A stretch of DNA of 64,000 nucleotides, from contig DAOUDP010000016.1 in assembly GCA_034431195.1 (NCBI GenBank), positions 1,839 through 65,838 of the forward strand, in the 5' to 3' direction. A model generated the notes under the pieces. That model worked only from the letters and a program-made list of their open reading frames with translations, did no database searches and was not told where the DNA came from. Origin of the DNA: Dehalococcoidia bacterium. GTDB lineage: Bacteria > Chloroflexota > Dehalococcoidia > GIF9 > AB-539-J10. Both the position numbers and the translations under genes were made by a program. Of the stretch, positions 1-9,044 are shown one piece after another (position 1 is the stretch's first letter; every line of letters starts with the position of its first letter).

Positions 1-1031
1 AACCGCTGTTGCTCCCATGCTTTGTAATTCTCGGGGGGGTGTATTATCTCAACGCCAGGTCTCAACTTTAATTCCACCGCTTCGGTGGGACACCCAGTAA
101 CACAAAGACCACAACCAAGGCACTTTGTCAGATCAATTGTTGCTACATCGTCTACCGAGCAAGCGTTCACTTGGCACCGCTCTTCACATATTCCACACCC
201 ATTGCATTGTTCGAGGTCAACGACCGCATAGTAATTTGCCTTGGCAATTGAGTGTTCGATGCCGAATTGGGTGATTCCCCTTAGCATACCACAACAGCAC
301 CCGCAACAGTTGCACACATAAAAAACCCCTCTGGCGATATTGCTTACGCTGTGAACCAAGCCAATTTCTTCAACTTGGTCAAGCACCTTGAGAGCTTCCT
401 CCTGAGTGATACTGTGCGGTCCCACAGGTCTTTCTCTCACCGAGAAATTGAGGCAAACTTTCAGGGGGAAGTCGCATTTTCGGGTACCCACCAGGTCCTG
501 TTGTTTTCTACAGATGCAATCGCGTAATTCGAACGACTTGGCCTGCAGTATTAATTGTTTTACATCATCATAGGGGAGAATGAACTCAGTTTTAACCGCC
601 CGCTGTGCCGGGACAACACGGTGCAGCGCCGGCTCAGGACGCATTATTCCCTCCAACCCCCCCTCGAGCCAGTATTGCTCACAAAGATGGGCTAACTCAT
701 GGTCCATGACATCCCATTGTTCTTCATAAAAACCGACAACAAATGGAGCCAGCCGGAATCTCAATATTCCATCCTTTTTAGAGCCCCATATGATGCCCCT
801 GCTCAGCATTGCTTTGAGTCTTTCTTCAATTTCTCCCCTTGGTAGGTTGGCTCGCCCTGCTATCTCATCGACTGTCTCACTGGTGCCAGTCATATTGCTT
901 GCTACTAGCCCTTCCTCGGGCGAGAATATCTTCTTGAGGATTTGCAACTCAACACCTGACCTGGTTCGAGGGAAACCTCCGGGTAGGAGGTCTAGGACTC
1001 GGGCTAACTGTTCATAGGCATCTGCGTTCAT
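1..1031 (-). CDS. Cys-rich 4Fe-4S dicluster-domain protein, 3' end cut by the window edge
   Basis: Not in the ORF track. Manual minus-strand translation from ATG (1031-1029) is open to position 1: MNADAYEQLARVLDLL...CNCCGCCCGMLRG...CNGCGICEERC...CLGCGLCVTGCP (two CxxCxxCxxxCP ferredoxin motifs). Confidence 0.6.
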   Translation of the reverse strand, partial: MNADAYEQLARVLDLLPGGFPRTRSGVELQILKKIFSPEEGLVASNMTGTSETVDEIAGRANLPRGEIEERLKAMLSRGIIWGSKKDGILRFRLAPFVVGFYEEQWDVMDHELAHLCEQYWLEGGLEGIMRPEPALHRVVPAQRAVKTEFILPYDDVKQLILQAKSFELRDCICRKQQDLVGTRKCDFPLKVCLNFSVRERPVGPHSITQEEALKVLDQVEEIGLVHSVSNIARGVFYVCNCCGCCCGMLRGITQFGIEHSIAKANYYAVVDLEQCNGCGICEERCQVNACSVDDVATIDLTKCLGCGLCVTGCPTEAVELKLRPGVEIIHPPENYKAWEQQR

Positions 1032-1159
1032 TTCTATACCCCTTGTCTTGCTAGCTCAAAAGTACCTATAAGTAAATGGCTAGCACTTGCAAAATACAGT
1101 ATTTATTCAGGGGCTGTCAAGAACAAAAACAATAAGCTGCTCTCCCTCAGATAGAACAT

Positions 1160-1290
1160 TCCATCGTATTGTTTACTCCGGAATAGACCAGTGCTGCGAT
1201 TACCCTCTCTTTTGGCTGGTCATAGAGGTTGAATTACTTTGGCAGTCCAAATTCAGGGCAGGCCCTAAGATTTTAGTAGTAATAAAATCT
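1160..1290 (+). repeat. ~130-bp interspersed element with conserved ends, copy 1 (copy 2 at 5163-5290)
   Basis: ccatcgtattgtttactcc(g/a)ga(a/g)tag(a/c)cca(g/t)tgct…gattac at the 5' end and cctaa/ggattttagt/cttat at the 3' end in both copies, with a divergent middle. Confidence 0.45.
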
Positions 1291-1525
1291 TTCTCCCATT
1301 TACTTTTTTCCTTTAAAGGCTATATCATTGGTCTAGACTAAGGGAAATTTCGCATAAATTGGAGAATTTCTGAGAAGAATCTACATGTTATGAGAAAAAG
1401 TTATGAATAGACTATGAATCTGGAGGAATATTACGGAGCCGAAAGTCTTGAATATAAATAAAAGCTTAGAAATAATGCTGAGTGCATGAAGTCAGGTAAG
1501 AATACAAAATGTCAGGAGGAGAAAA

Positions 1526-1927
1526 ATGGCTGGTACTGTCAAGTATATGAGTCCAGAGTGGCGTGATGAGGCGGAAAAGCGTCTCAAATCCGAACTTACA
1601 CCAGAAAAGATGAAGCATATTACAACATCCATGTGCTGCATTTATCAGAATTGCCCTGACGGCAAGCAGCGGTACTATTTTGTTAAGACTGAGAATGGTA
1701 GCTTGGTTGAAATTTCGATAGGCGACCAGGAACCCCCCAAAGCCGAATTTATACTCACTGCCGATTACGAGACTTTTGCCAAGCTTACCCGTGGCGAGCT
1801 GAGTGGACGGGCTGCGTTGATGGGAAGAAAACTCACACTTAGTGGAAATCTAATAAAAGCTCTAAAGCTGTCGACAATTGCCGACCGTATGAACAAGGTC
1901 CTTTCAGCAATTCCTGCGGAGTACTAA
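1526..1927 (+). CDS. SCP2 sterol-binding domain protein
   Basis: 133 aa. C-terminal SCP2-like signature ...GRAALMGRKLTLSGNLIKALKL...; RBS aggagga upstream. Confidence 0.6.
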   Translation: MAGTVKYMSPEWRDEAEKRLKSELTPEKMKHITTSMCCIYQNCPDGKQRYYFVKTENGSLVEISIGDQEPPKAEFILTADYETFAKLTRGELSGRAALMGRKLTLSGNLIKALKLSTIADRMNKVLSAIPAEY

Positions 1928-1929
1928 AA

Positions 1930-3165
1930 GTGAATACTATGTTAAACCAAACCAATAAGACTGCTGATCCTTACTTTATTGATTTCCCAAAGCGAATTAA
2001 GAATATTCAGGAGATGATGCAAGGACAGGGAATTGATGTCTACCTTGGTTCTCGCCTGCGAACTATATCCTGGACAGTGGATGTTTTCTGTCCATGGCGC
2101 AGTTATATAGTCATCCCCCAAAAGGGGCTTCCCACGGCTTTTACCTTTCTTATTGACGCGGATAGGATAGGACATGAGTCGTGGCTTGATGAAGAGCATG
2201 TCCTGGGATACGGACCTGTGGGAGGTCAGGATCAGATTACCATACTATCTAATAAAATCCTGGAATATCTCAATAAGGGTGAGGGAAAGGTCGGTATCGA
2301 GTCTGGAATGTCAAATTACCTTCCCGAGGGCAACCTTACCCATTATGAATATGACAAGCTTGCAGAAGCTCTTCCTGACGTTGAGTTAGTAAACGCCCAT
2401 GACATTGTGGATGAGTTATCGATGATCAAGGATAAGGGGACTATGAACCGTTTTCGAGAGGCATCCAGAATTGTCGACATCGGTCATCAAGCTGTATACG
2501 AGGCTATTAAGGGTGGTGGGTGGAAAGGGATGACCGAAACGGAAATCGCTGGGCTGGCCGCTTATGCTATGCGGAAAGCTGGCAGTGAATTTGAATGGAG
2601 TTTTACTGGAGGAAACGAGATCGCCTCCGGGTACCGGACAGGATTAGCCCAGGGTGCCTGCACCCCCGCTAGCCGCAAAAAGCTGAAAGCAGGTGAACCT
2701 CTTATGGTCGATCTTCACGCCATGTTTAAACTTGGGTTGGGTGATCATACGCATAATTACCTGCTCAGTCCCGCAACTGAGCGACAGAAGTGGCACGCCC
2801 AGAACTTTGTGGCTTTGGTGAAGCTTGTCCTGAAAGCTTATGGCCCCGGGGCCACGCCATCATCATTGGCTGATAAGATGTTGGAATTTGCCGAGGACCA
2901 TGACTTCATCGAGTTTGTAGTCCCCGGTTGTGAGCATGGCATCGGAATGATGGGAGATGAGTGGCGCATCGGCATGAACGATGGCCCCTTTGAGTACTGG
3001 ACAAACCCTGACCATGTGTATCAAGCCGGTGAGATGGTGATATGCGCGATGCAGTATGCATGTCCCGAAGAAAATATTGGTTTCCGCTACGAAAATCCGA
3101 TTATAATAACGGATAGAGGCTGTGAGCCTTTATCAAAATTTCCACTGCGCATTGAAGAAATCTAG
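1930..3165 (+). CDS. M24 family metallopeptidase (Xaa-Pro aminopeptidase/creatinase-like)
   Basis: 411 aa with creatinase-N-like N-terminus and pita-bread C-terminal domain (…DIGHQAVYEAIKGG…HGIGMMGDEW…). Confidence 0.65.
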   Translation: MNTMLNQTNKTADPYFIDFPKRIKNIQEMMQGQGIDVYLGSRLRTISWTVDVFCPWRSYIVIPQKGLPTAFTFLIDADRIGHESWLDEEHVLGYGPVGGQDQITILSNKILEYLNKGEGKVGIESGMSNYLPEGNLTHYEYDKLAEALPDVELVNAHDIVDELSMIKDKGTMNRFREASRIVDIGHQAVYEAIKGGGWKGMTETEIAGLAAYAMRKAGSEFEWSFTGGNEIASGYRTGLAQGACTPASRKKLKAGEPLMVDLHAMFKLGLGDHTHNYLLSPATERQKWHAQNFVALVKLVLKAYGPGATPSSLADKMLEFAEDHDFIEFVVPGCEHGIGMMGDEWRIGMNDGPFEYWTNPDHVYQAGEMVICAMQYACPEENIGFRYENPIIITDRGCEPLSKFPLRIEEI

Positions 3166-3346
3166 GGTTGTCTAAGTTAAGGGACTGAGCCATATCAAAA
3201 ATCATTGCCTGCCAGGCTCCCCGCTTGAATGCCGATAGGCAAGAGATGGCCAGGCTAAGACCATATGCCTGCCCCCGTGCCCGAGAGAGCCAGGCAAAAT
3301 CTAGCACCTAACCTCGTTAATAGTGTCCATTGCAAGAAGCGGAAAT

Positions 3347-4597
3347 TCAGGATTCACCATCCTTTTTGAGTATATAGTCCCGGGCAATTTTGAGAGCTGC
3401 CTCGACCACCTCTGGTTCGATATATTTAGTCAGATCATTCGGGGTGTGATACACCAATCCTTCACTGAACTTACTGATATCGAAACTGATGCCGGCCATA
3501 TTGGTAGCCTCGACTCCAATTTTGCCAAATTCAGCAGCATCTGTGCTCCCGGCGCCAAAAGGCATACTGGAAATCTTGGCAACATAGCCCAATGATTTTG
3601 CAACATCGACGCACTCCTGTGCCATTTCATGGGAAAGTTTCACAGAATTATTCAGATCACGATGGGAAAAGTTGAGGTCTTTGACTTTGTAAAGTGTATC
3701 GATGTTCAAGACGTAAGTCTTCGTATGGAGTAATTCTGAGTCATGCTTTCTGCAAAAGGCGCGTGCCCCCCGGAGCCCGGCTTCTTCAGCATCGAAAGAT
3801 GCCATCATTAGCCGAGTATGCCGCAGCGGGTTCATACCTGCTTGCTTAGCATCGTGAAAAAGCTTTGCGGTCTCATTGGTAATTGCTACGGCAATCATGT
3901 TATCGCCTGCGGCTGGAGATACCTGCCGGGTTGTAAAGAATGCCAGGGGAAGGACAAAAATGGCACCCACTAGCAGCGCCAACGGTAGCCAGGGATGTGC
4001 CCACGCAGGAACAGAACCACGAAATACTACCAACGCGGTTTCTATCAAGGAAACAAGGAAACCAAGCAGTAGAAACGCTATCCCTGCAGTGATAAATCTA
4101 GCATAGTATTTTGGGGCGTGGGCAATAAGTTGAAACACGTAGGCGGCGTCATGATGTCCGCTGACGATGATTTGCTGCCTCACCTCGCCCTCTGGCTCAA
4201 TGGAGCCGAAAACGTTATGGCCGGTGGCTTTGGGAAAGAGTGGGTCAAATGTTTCCCAATAGCGCACGAATTGGCAATAGAATACAAGTATTCCTAATGA
4301 GTAACCGATGAGCGCAGGCAAAGGGAACTGGAGATATAATAGAATGGAGCAAATAAAATAAAGAACGACCAGTGCGGGGATATATTTTAGAAAGCTCTTC
4401 GGGTGGACGGTGAAATCTTCAATTCGCACGGAGGCCGCGTCACAATTTTTGGTGAATTCCTCTTTTATCCGGCTGGCAGCATTCCGGCAAGCCTCTGTAC
4501 CTGCCAGGCGGTTAGCATATTTTTCTACGACTTCGTTAGTAAAATCAAAGACGCGTTGCACATGACTTTTATTTATGTCTAAGATAGAGTTTGCCAT
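3347..4597 (-). CDS. M28 family Zn-peptidase with membrane-spanning insertion
   Basis: 416 aa. M28 motifs in order GHHDAAY (HxD), AAGDNMIAV, SFDAEEAGLRGA (EE), VYHTPNDLT (terminal His). About 5 hydrophobic helices flank and interrupt the catalytic motifs. Confidence 0.55.
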   Translation of the reverse strand: MANSILDINKSHVQRVFDFTNEVVEKYANRLAGTEACRNAASRIKEEFTKNCDAASVRIEDFTVHPKSFLKYIPALVVLYFICSILLYLQFPLPALIGYSLGILVFYCQFVRYWETFDPLFPKATGHNVFGSIEPEGEVRQQIIVSGHHDAAYVFQLIAHAPKYYARFITAGIAFLLLGFLVSLIETALVVFRGSVPAWAHPWLPLALLVGAIFVLPLAFFTTRQVSPAAGDNMIAVAITNETAKLFHDAKQAGMNPLRHTRLMMASFDAEEAGLRGARAFCRKHDSELLHTKTYVLNIDTLYKVKDLNFSHRDLNNSVKLSHEMAQECVDVAKSLGYVAKISSMPFGAGSTDAAEFGKIGVEATNMAGISFDISKFSEGLVYHTPNDLTKYIEPEVVEAALKIARDYILKKDGES

Positions 4598-4682
4598 ATC
4601 AGAACAGTATGCTCATGTTAAGGCTCTGCTCAGCAGGTGTCAAGGCGTTTAACGAACCGAAAACCAGCTGCTACCGCTTCAT

Positions 4683-5072
4683 TCAATGCCGGCGTTTCCT
4701 GTACTTCTTATCCTCGATGCTACGCAGAGTCCTCTCATCAATGCCAAAGTGATGAGCTATCTCGTGGCACACTACTTCAGTTATTTTCACGCCGATCTCC
4801 TCATTAGAGTGACACTGCCCCTCTATAGGCTTCCGGAAGATGCTTATCTTATCGGGCGGAACCAGCCCATATCCTCTGCCACGCTTAGTTTGGGGCACGC
4901 CCTCGTAAAGCCCCAATAATTGGCTGCGATGGCCAAGTTTCACTTTCTTAAGCTGTCCTGATGTTGGCCAGTCCTCTACAATCACATCAACATTTTCAAG
5001 CTTATTGCGAAACTCAAGAGGCAGATTATCAATGGCTTCCACCACGAGAGTCTCAAATTTCTCTCTGTCCAT
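4683..5072 (-). CDS. zincin-like metallopeptidase family protein (DUF1025-type)
   Basis: 129 aa; motif VVCHEIAHHFG (HExxH-like Zn site). Confidence 0.5.
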   Translation of the reverse strand: MDREKFETLVVEAIDNLPLEFRNKLENVDVIVEDWPTSGQLKKVKLGHRSQLLGLYEGVPQTKRGRGYGLVPPDKISIFRKPIEGQCHSNEEIGVKITEVVCHEIAHHFGIDERTLRSIEDKKYRKRRH

Positions 5073-5162
5073 ATCACCGCTACTAGACTATCTAGCTTCC
5101 ATTATTATAGCCCAATTTCTTGGGACTGTGTCTTTGTCCATGACATACTCAGGACACAATCC

Positions 5163-5290
5163 ATCGTATTGTTTACTCCAGAGTAGCCCATTGCTCTGAT
5201 TACTTTTCAGGACCGCACGATTTGAACTTACCCCAGCAGTCAGAACTCGAGCCAGAGCCTAGGATTTTACTTATCTCTTGCTAGAACTAC
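5163..5290 (+). repeat. ~130-bp interspersed element, copy 2
   Basis: See 1160-1290. Confidence 0.45.
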
Positions 5291-5546
5291 CTCTCTTTCC
5301 AAAGTTGTAATTACATTCCGCATGGGCAGAGATACATCACTGCAACTACCTTGACAACGCAACTTAGAATACCGGTGGCACAGGGATATTGTTTTTGGCT
5401 TCCCATTACCCAATGTAGCGGTTTGTTTGCTACTCATCAGGCAAAGGTGGAGCTCGCATAGTTATCGTATTGCAAACTCTGAAACTCGACGTTATTATAC
5501 GAGCCAGGGATGATGCGTCGCACAAGTAATCCCGGGCAAAGGAGGT

Positions 5547-6344
5547 ATGTTCTTGAAGGAATTCTCGCAGCAAAGACTAGCAGGTAGAATAGCGTTGGTG
5601 ACGGGGAGTGGTTCTGGGATCGGTAGGGCAATCAGTCTACGGTATGCCAGGGAAGGGGCTGATATTATAGTGGATGATATAAATCTGGAAGGGGCTAACG
5701 AGACAGCCAAGGGGATTGAGGAGTTGGGTAGAAAGGCTATGGTGATAAGGGCTGATGTCGGCGTATCGGCCGAGGTTGAAGCGATGCTTGAAAAAGCCTA
5801 CGGTGAGTGGGGAAGAATAGACATTATGGTAAACAACGCCGGGATCAGTGGTTTACCGTATGTTCTTATCGAGCAAACCGAGGAAGAATGGGATCGCGTT
5901 ATGAACACAAACCTCAAGGGTGTGTGGCTCTGTTCAAAGTTTGCTGCTATAAGGATGCTAAAGCAGGAAAGGAAGTTTGGTTCCCTGAGGGGGAAGATAA
6001 TAAACGTTGCCTCCATCGCTGGTAAGACGGCGACACCACACATAGGTGCCTATTCAGCGAGCAAATTCGGAGTGATAGCCGTAACTCAAGTGTTCGCTAA
6101 AGAGTTAGCTCCCGATATAACCGTAAACGCTATCTGCCCTGGTTTCCATGTTACCGGCATATATTTCAACAGTGAGGAGGTAGTGAGAGGCTCCATGAAG
6201 ACTTTCAAAGCTCCAGAAATTCTCCTCGAAAGGCTTGGGAGAGCCGAAGACGTTGCCCCCTTGGCTGCTTTCCTGGCATCGGAAGACAGCGACTACATGA
6301 CCGGTCAGGCCATAAACATTGACGGGGGAGTAGCGTTCCATTAG
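5547..6344 (+). CDS. SDR family oxidoreductase (3-oxoacyl-ACP reductase-like)
   Basis: 265 aa; TGSGSGIGRA Rossmann motif, NNAG, catalytic S…YSASK. Confidence 0.85.
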   Translation: MFLKEFSQQRLAGRIALVTGSGSGIGRAISLRYAREGADIIVDDINLEGANETAKGIEELGRKAMVIRADVGVSAEVEAMLEKAYGEWGRIDIMVNNAGISGLPYVLIEQTEEEWDRVMNTNLKGVWLCSKFAAIRMLKQERKFGSLRGKIINVASIAGKTATPHIGAYSASKFGVIAVTQVFAKELAPDITVNAICPGFHVTGIYFNSEEVVRGSMKTFKAPEILLERLGRAEDVAPLAAFLASEDSDYMTGQAINIDGGVAFH

Positions 6345-6397
6345 GTAGCTCCGCGCTAACCTTCATTTTGAATTAATATAAACGAGGTCAATCACAA

Positions 6398-6565
6398 TGA
6401 ATAAACGGAATGTGTCGCTGGTATTAGGCATTTTAATGTGTTTAATAGCAGCCATCATAATGGGAGGAAATTTCCTGGGAGAGAGGACTATACCAGCAGC
6501 AATCACTCTAGGGATAGTAGGAATAGTCATAATAGCCACTTCACGGAAAGCTGGGAAATCCTGAA
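6398..6565 (+). CDS. small two-helix membrane protein (hypothetical)
   Basis: Manual ORF (<60 aa, not in track): MNKRNVSLVLGILMCLIAAIIMGGNFLGERTIPAAITLGIVGIVIIATSRKAGKS. Weak support. Confidence 0.2.
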
Positions 6566-6591
6566 GGAAACTTGGCATCTGTTTCTAGAAT

Positions 6592-6835
6592 AGGCTGCCT
6601 TTCTCAAGCTTCTGGAGACTGGGGTCAATCAATGAGAGCTTTCAATTCTGGGGACATAATACCCGAGTTAAATCACCTCTACCTTGACGGGAGAGGATTA
6701 AGGTGAGGGTGTTAAACGCAGGTAGGTACTTGCCACGCCGACAAAGAAGTAGATCAAGTGCTGTACCAGTATTGGGGACATAATACTTGATTTGTAGTAG
6801 GCTTGGTTAGTATTGTGTTCCTGGAATTCATAGGA
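6592..6835 (+). repeat. Mosaic repeat R1: PPC-gene tail fragment (…LKLLETGVNQ*) + module b + module d; related to 7183-7590 and 14266-14830
   Basis: Direct comparison of the three loci: shared strings gtcaatcaatgagagctttcaattctggggacataatacccgagttaaatc.cctctaccttgacgggagaggattaaggtgagggtgtta and tgatttgtagtagg…tagtattg.gttcct. Confidence 0.7.
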
Positions 6836-6843
6836 GGTTAACA

Positions 6844-7296
6844 ATGAAAGCATGTGAAGGACGAATAGGCCGGGTTTTCGTGATACGGCTTGAGGATGGG
6901 GATGTGGTGCCCGAATGTATTGAGCGTTTTGCCGAGGGGAGCGGAGTATTTGTGGGACATGCTATCTTAGTGGGTGGAATTGGAGCTGGTGATGTTGTTG
7001 TTGGCCCGCGACGTTCAGAAGAAAGGCCGCCAACGCCAATGCTCTTGCCCATTGACGGAGCACATGAGGTGGTGGGAGTGGGCGTACTCGCTCCCGGTGA
7101 AGATGGCAAACCGGCTCTGCATATCCATGCTGCGCTGGGACGGGCAGGACAAACCATGACCGGATGCCTGCGGTATGGCGTCACGACATGGCTTATAGGG
7201 GAGGTTATCCTTTATGAAATCCTCGGCGCGGACGTGGCGCGTATCAAGGACGAGCAGAGTGGCTTCGAGCTTCTGGAGCCTGGGATCAATCAATGA
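6844..7296 (+). CDS. PPC (DUF296) domain protein
   Basis: 150 aa. Gly/Val-rich PPC-type core (…GHAILVGGIGAGDVVVGP…HIHAALG…). Its last ~37 codons are duplicated at 14493-14616. Confidence 0.55.
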   Translation: MKACEGRIGRVFVIRLEDGDVVPECIERFAEGSGVFVGHAILVGGIGAGDVVVGPRRSEERPPTPMLLPIDGAHEVVGVGVLAPGEDGKPALHIHAALGRAGQTMTGCLRYGVTTWLIGEVILYEILGADVARIKDEQSGFELLEPGINQ

Positions 7297-7590
7297 GAGC
7301 TTTTTATTCTAGGGAATGATAACGGATGTCATTGCGAGCCCCTTCTCCCTCTGTCATTGCGAGCCAAAGGCGTGGCAATCTAGGTGGCAGGGTATTCAAT
7401 GGCATTTGAGAAATGATACCTGATTTGTACTACGCCTAACTAGTATTGTGTCATCGGAAATCCTCCCCTTTCTTAAAGTCTCCAATCGTGGCCCTTCTAA
7501 GAAAGCCCGTTTGTTCCTTTCGTTTTGCAAATCCAACCAAGGTCTCGTGCGTATAGTTCTGGAAGAAATTTGGGAAATTGCTGCATTAAA
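7183..7590 (+). repeat. Repeat block R2: genuine PPC 3' end + module c x2 (tgtcattgcgagcc…) + module d + module e
   Basis: 7183-7296 is ~93 % identical to 14493-14616. Module c (gtcattgcgagcc.aaggcgtggcaatc.aggtggcagggtattcaatggcatttgagaaatgat) matches 14723-14788. Module e (7520-7590) matches 14266-14336. Confidence 0.7.
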
Positions 7591-7666
7591 ATGGCTGGTC
7601 CTTCAGCTTAACCTGCCGCGGGGACTGATTTTGGATGGCTGGAGTGAATGAGCCATGGTATAGTGT

Positions 7667-8446
7667 GTGTATCGATACGATATATGGCTGATGAAACAAC
7701 GGACTGTTACCAGAGGAAGGTTAGATGATGTTTTGGCCAGCCCCAATACTGTATCTAAAACAGATGTTATAACCATATATGCTAGCCCTGGTTCCTTTCC
7801 AGGTTATATTAACAGCATATCACCCGAGGCGATTTCCAGTGCATGTATTAATGAAATTAAACAGTCAGCTAATCTCGAGGTTGTTATCAAAAAAGCTGGG
7901 AGATACAAAACGGGAGCTGCTATATTCTGGGATGCACATGAAAATAAACATATAGTGTTGCCGCCATTCCCTATTGCTGAGGATAGAACTTTAATTAACC
8001 AGCTTGATACTTCACTCTTGTTTAAAGTATTGGATAGAAAATACACCATAGGTGTCATGCTGGTAACATGGGGTTCGTATGCTGTAGGAGTTTTCGACGG
8101 TGGCAATCTCATACAATCAAAAGTGGGCACTGGATATATACATAAGGAGCATAAGAAGGGAGGCAGAAGTCAAAAGAGATTTGCCAGGAGAACCGAAGAG
8201 CAAAAGAAGGATTTTCTGAGGAAAGTTGGTAACAGAATCGATGAGATATTCGCGCAATGTACCTTAGACCATATCTTCTTTGGTGGAAATAGGTTAATTC
8301 TTAAGCCACTATTGCCAGAGTGTCGATATCTAGAATCAAAAACTGAGAAAATCTCAAGAAGGATTTTAGATGTAAGACGTGCTGACAGGGAAGTCTTGAA
8401 TAATAGTCTATCGGAGATAATGAAATCGGTAGTCTTTAGTTTTTGA
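7667..8446 (+). CDS. bacterial eRF1/Vms1-like release-factor family protein (baeRF1; likely acVLRF1-type peptidyl-tRNA hydrolase)
   Basis: 259 aa. HKKGGRSQKRFARRTEEQKKDFLRKVGNRIDEIF matches the eRF1 catalytic loop [28 protein letters not shown], with GGQ altered to GG-R-SQ. Low GC relative to neighbours. Confidence 0.6.
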   Translation: MYRYDIWLMKQRTVTRGRLDDVLASPNTVSKTDVITIYASPGSFPGYINSISPEAISSACINEIKQSANLEVVIKKAGRYKTGAAIFWDAHENKHIVLPPFPIAEDRTLINQLDTSLLFKVLDRKYTIGVMLVTWGSYAVGVFDGGNLIQSKVGTGYIHKEHKKGGRSQKRFARRTEEQKKDFLRKVGNRIDEIFAQCTLDHIFFGGNRLILKPLLPECRYLESKTEKISRRILDVRRADREVLNNSLSEIMKSVVFSF

Positions 8447-8597
8447 GGCACTGCTACAGCGCAATTGCTCTCGTCGTGTGGCACTGATGAGAGCTTTAGA
8501 CGGAACGTCATATTTTCCTGAATGGCTACAAGATAATAGTAGACCTAAAACCGTTCTCATCCAGGCAAAGCAATCACGATTAATGAACCTGTCTCCG

Positions 8598-9044
8598 CTA
8601 CTTTTTAGGAGTCCAGTGTAATCTTGAAATAAACATCCCAACGTTACTCTTGTACTCACAATATTCCTGCCCAAATCGATGTTCTAGCTCCCTTTCTTCC
8701 CATAGTACTATCTGCAGGTAAACTATGGCTAACACCGCAATGGTCGCTATCAGACCAGTAATAGACTTAAAGCCCATAGCTACACTAAACGATAAGACTG
8801 CGCAGGATAAGCAAACCGAATGCCTGATGTAAGAATAAATGCCTTTTGTAACTAGCATGGATTTATCGCGGCCAATCAGGATCTTTGGTGGGCAGGCTTT
8901 CAGTCCCAGAGCCAGGAGCGACATGCCCAGGATGGCAAGAAAAGCACATGCCAAATAACTTGCCCAATCCGCCAGTGGCAATAAAGGCCAACCGAATTTA
9001 TTAGTAAAGAAACATACACCGAATACCACTATAACCCAGGGCAC
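8598..9044 (-). CDS. isoprenylcysteine carboxyl methyltransferase (ICMT/PEMT)-family membrane methyltransferase
   Basis: 148 aa, 4 predicted TM helices. C-terminal …VTKGIYSYIRHSVCLS…EERELEHRFGQEY is typical of ICMT-family SAM-binding tails. Confidence 0.55.
   Translation of the reverse strand: MPWVIVVFGVCFFTNKFGWPLLPLADWASYLACAFLAILGMSLLALGLKACPPKILIGRDKSMLVTKGIYSYIRHSVCLSCAVLSFSVAMGFKSITGLIATIAVLAIVYLQIVLWEERELEHRFGQEYCEYKSNVGMFISRLHWTPKK

Noticed and set aside
790-1341. Track ORFs 790-1017 and 1087-1341
   Set aside because: The first is antisense to the Cys-rich ferredoxin-like gene. The second spans the 130-bp interspersed element and has a low-complexity composition.
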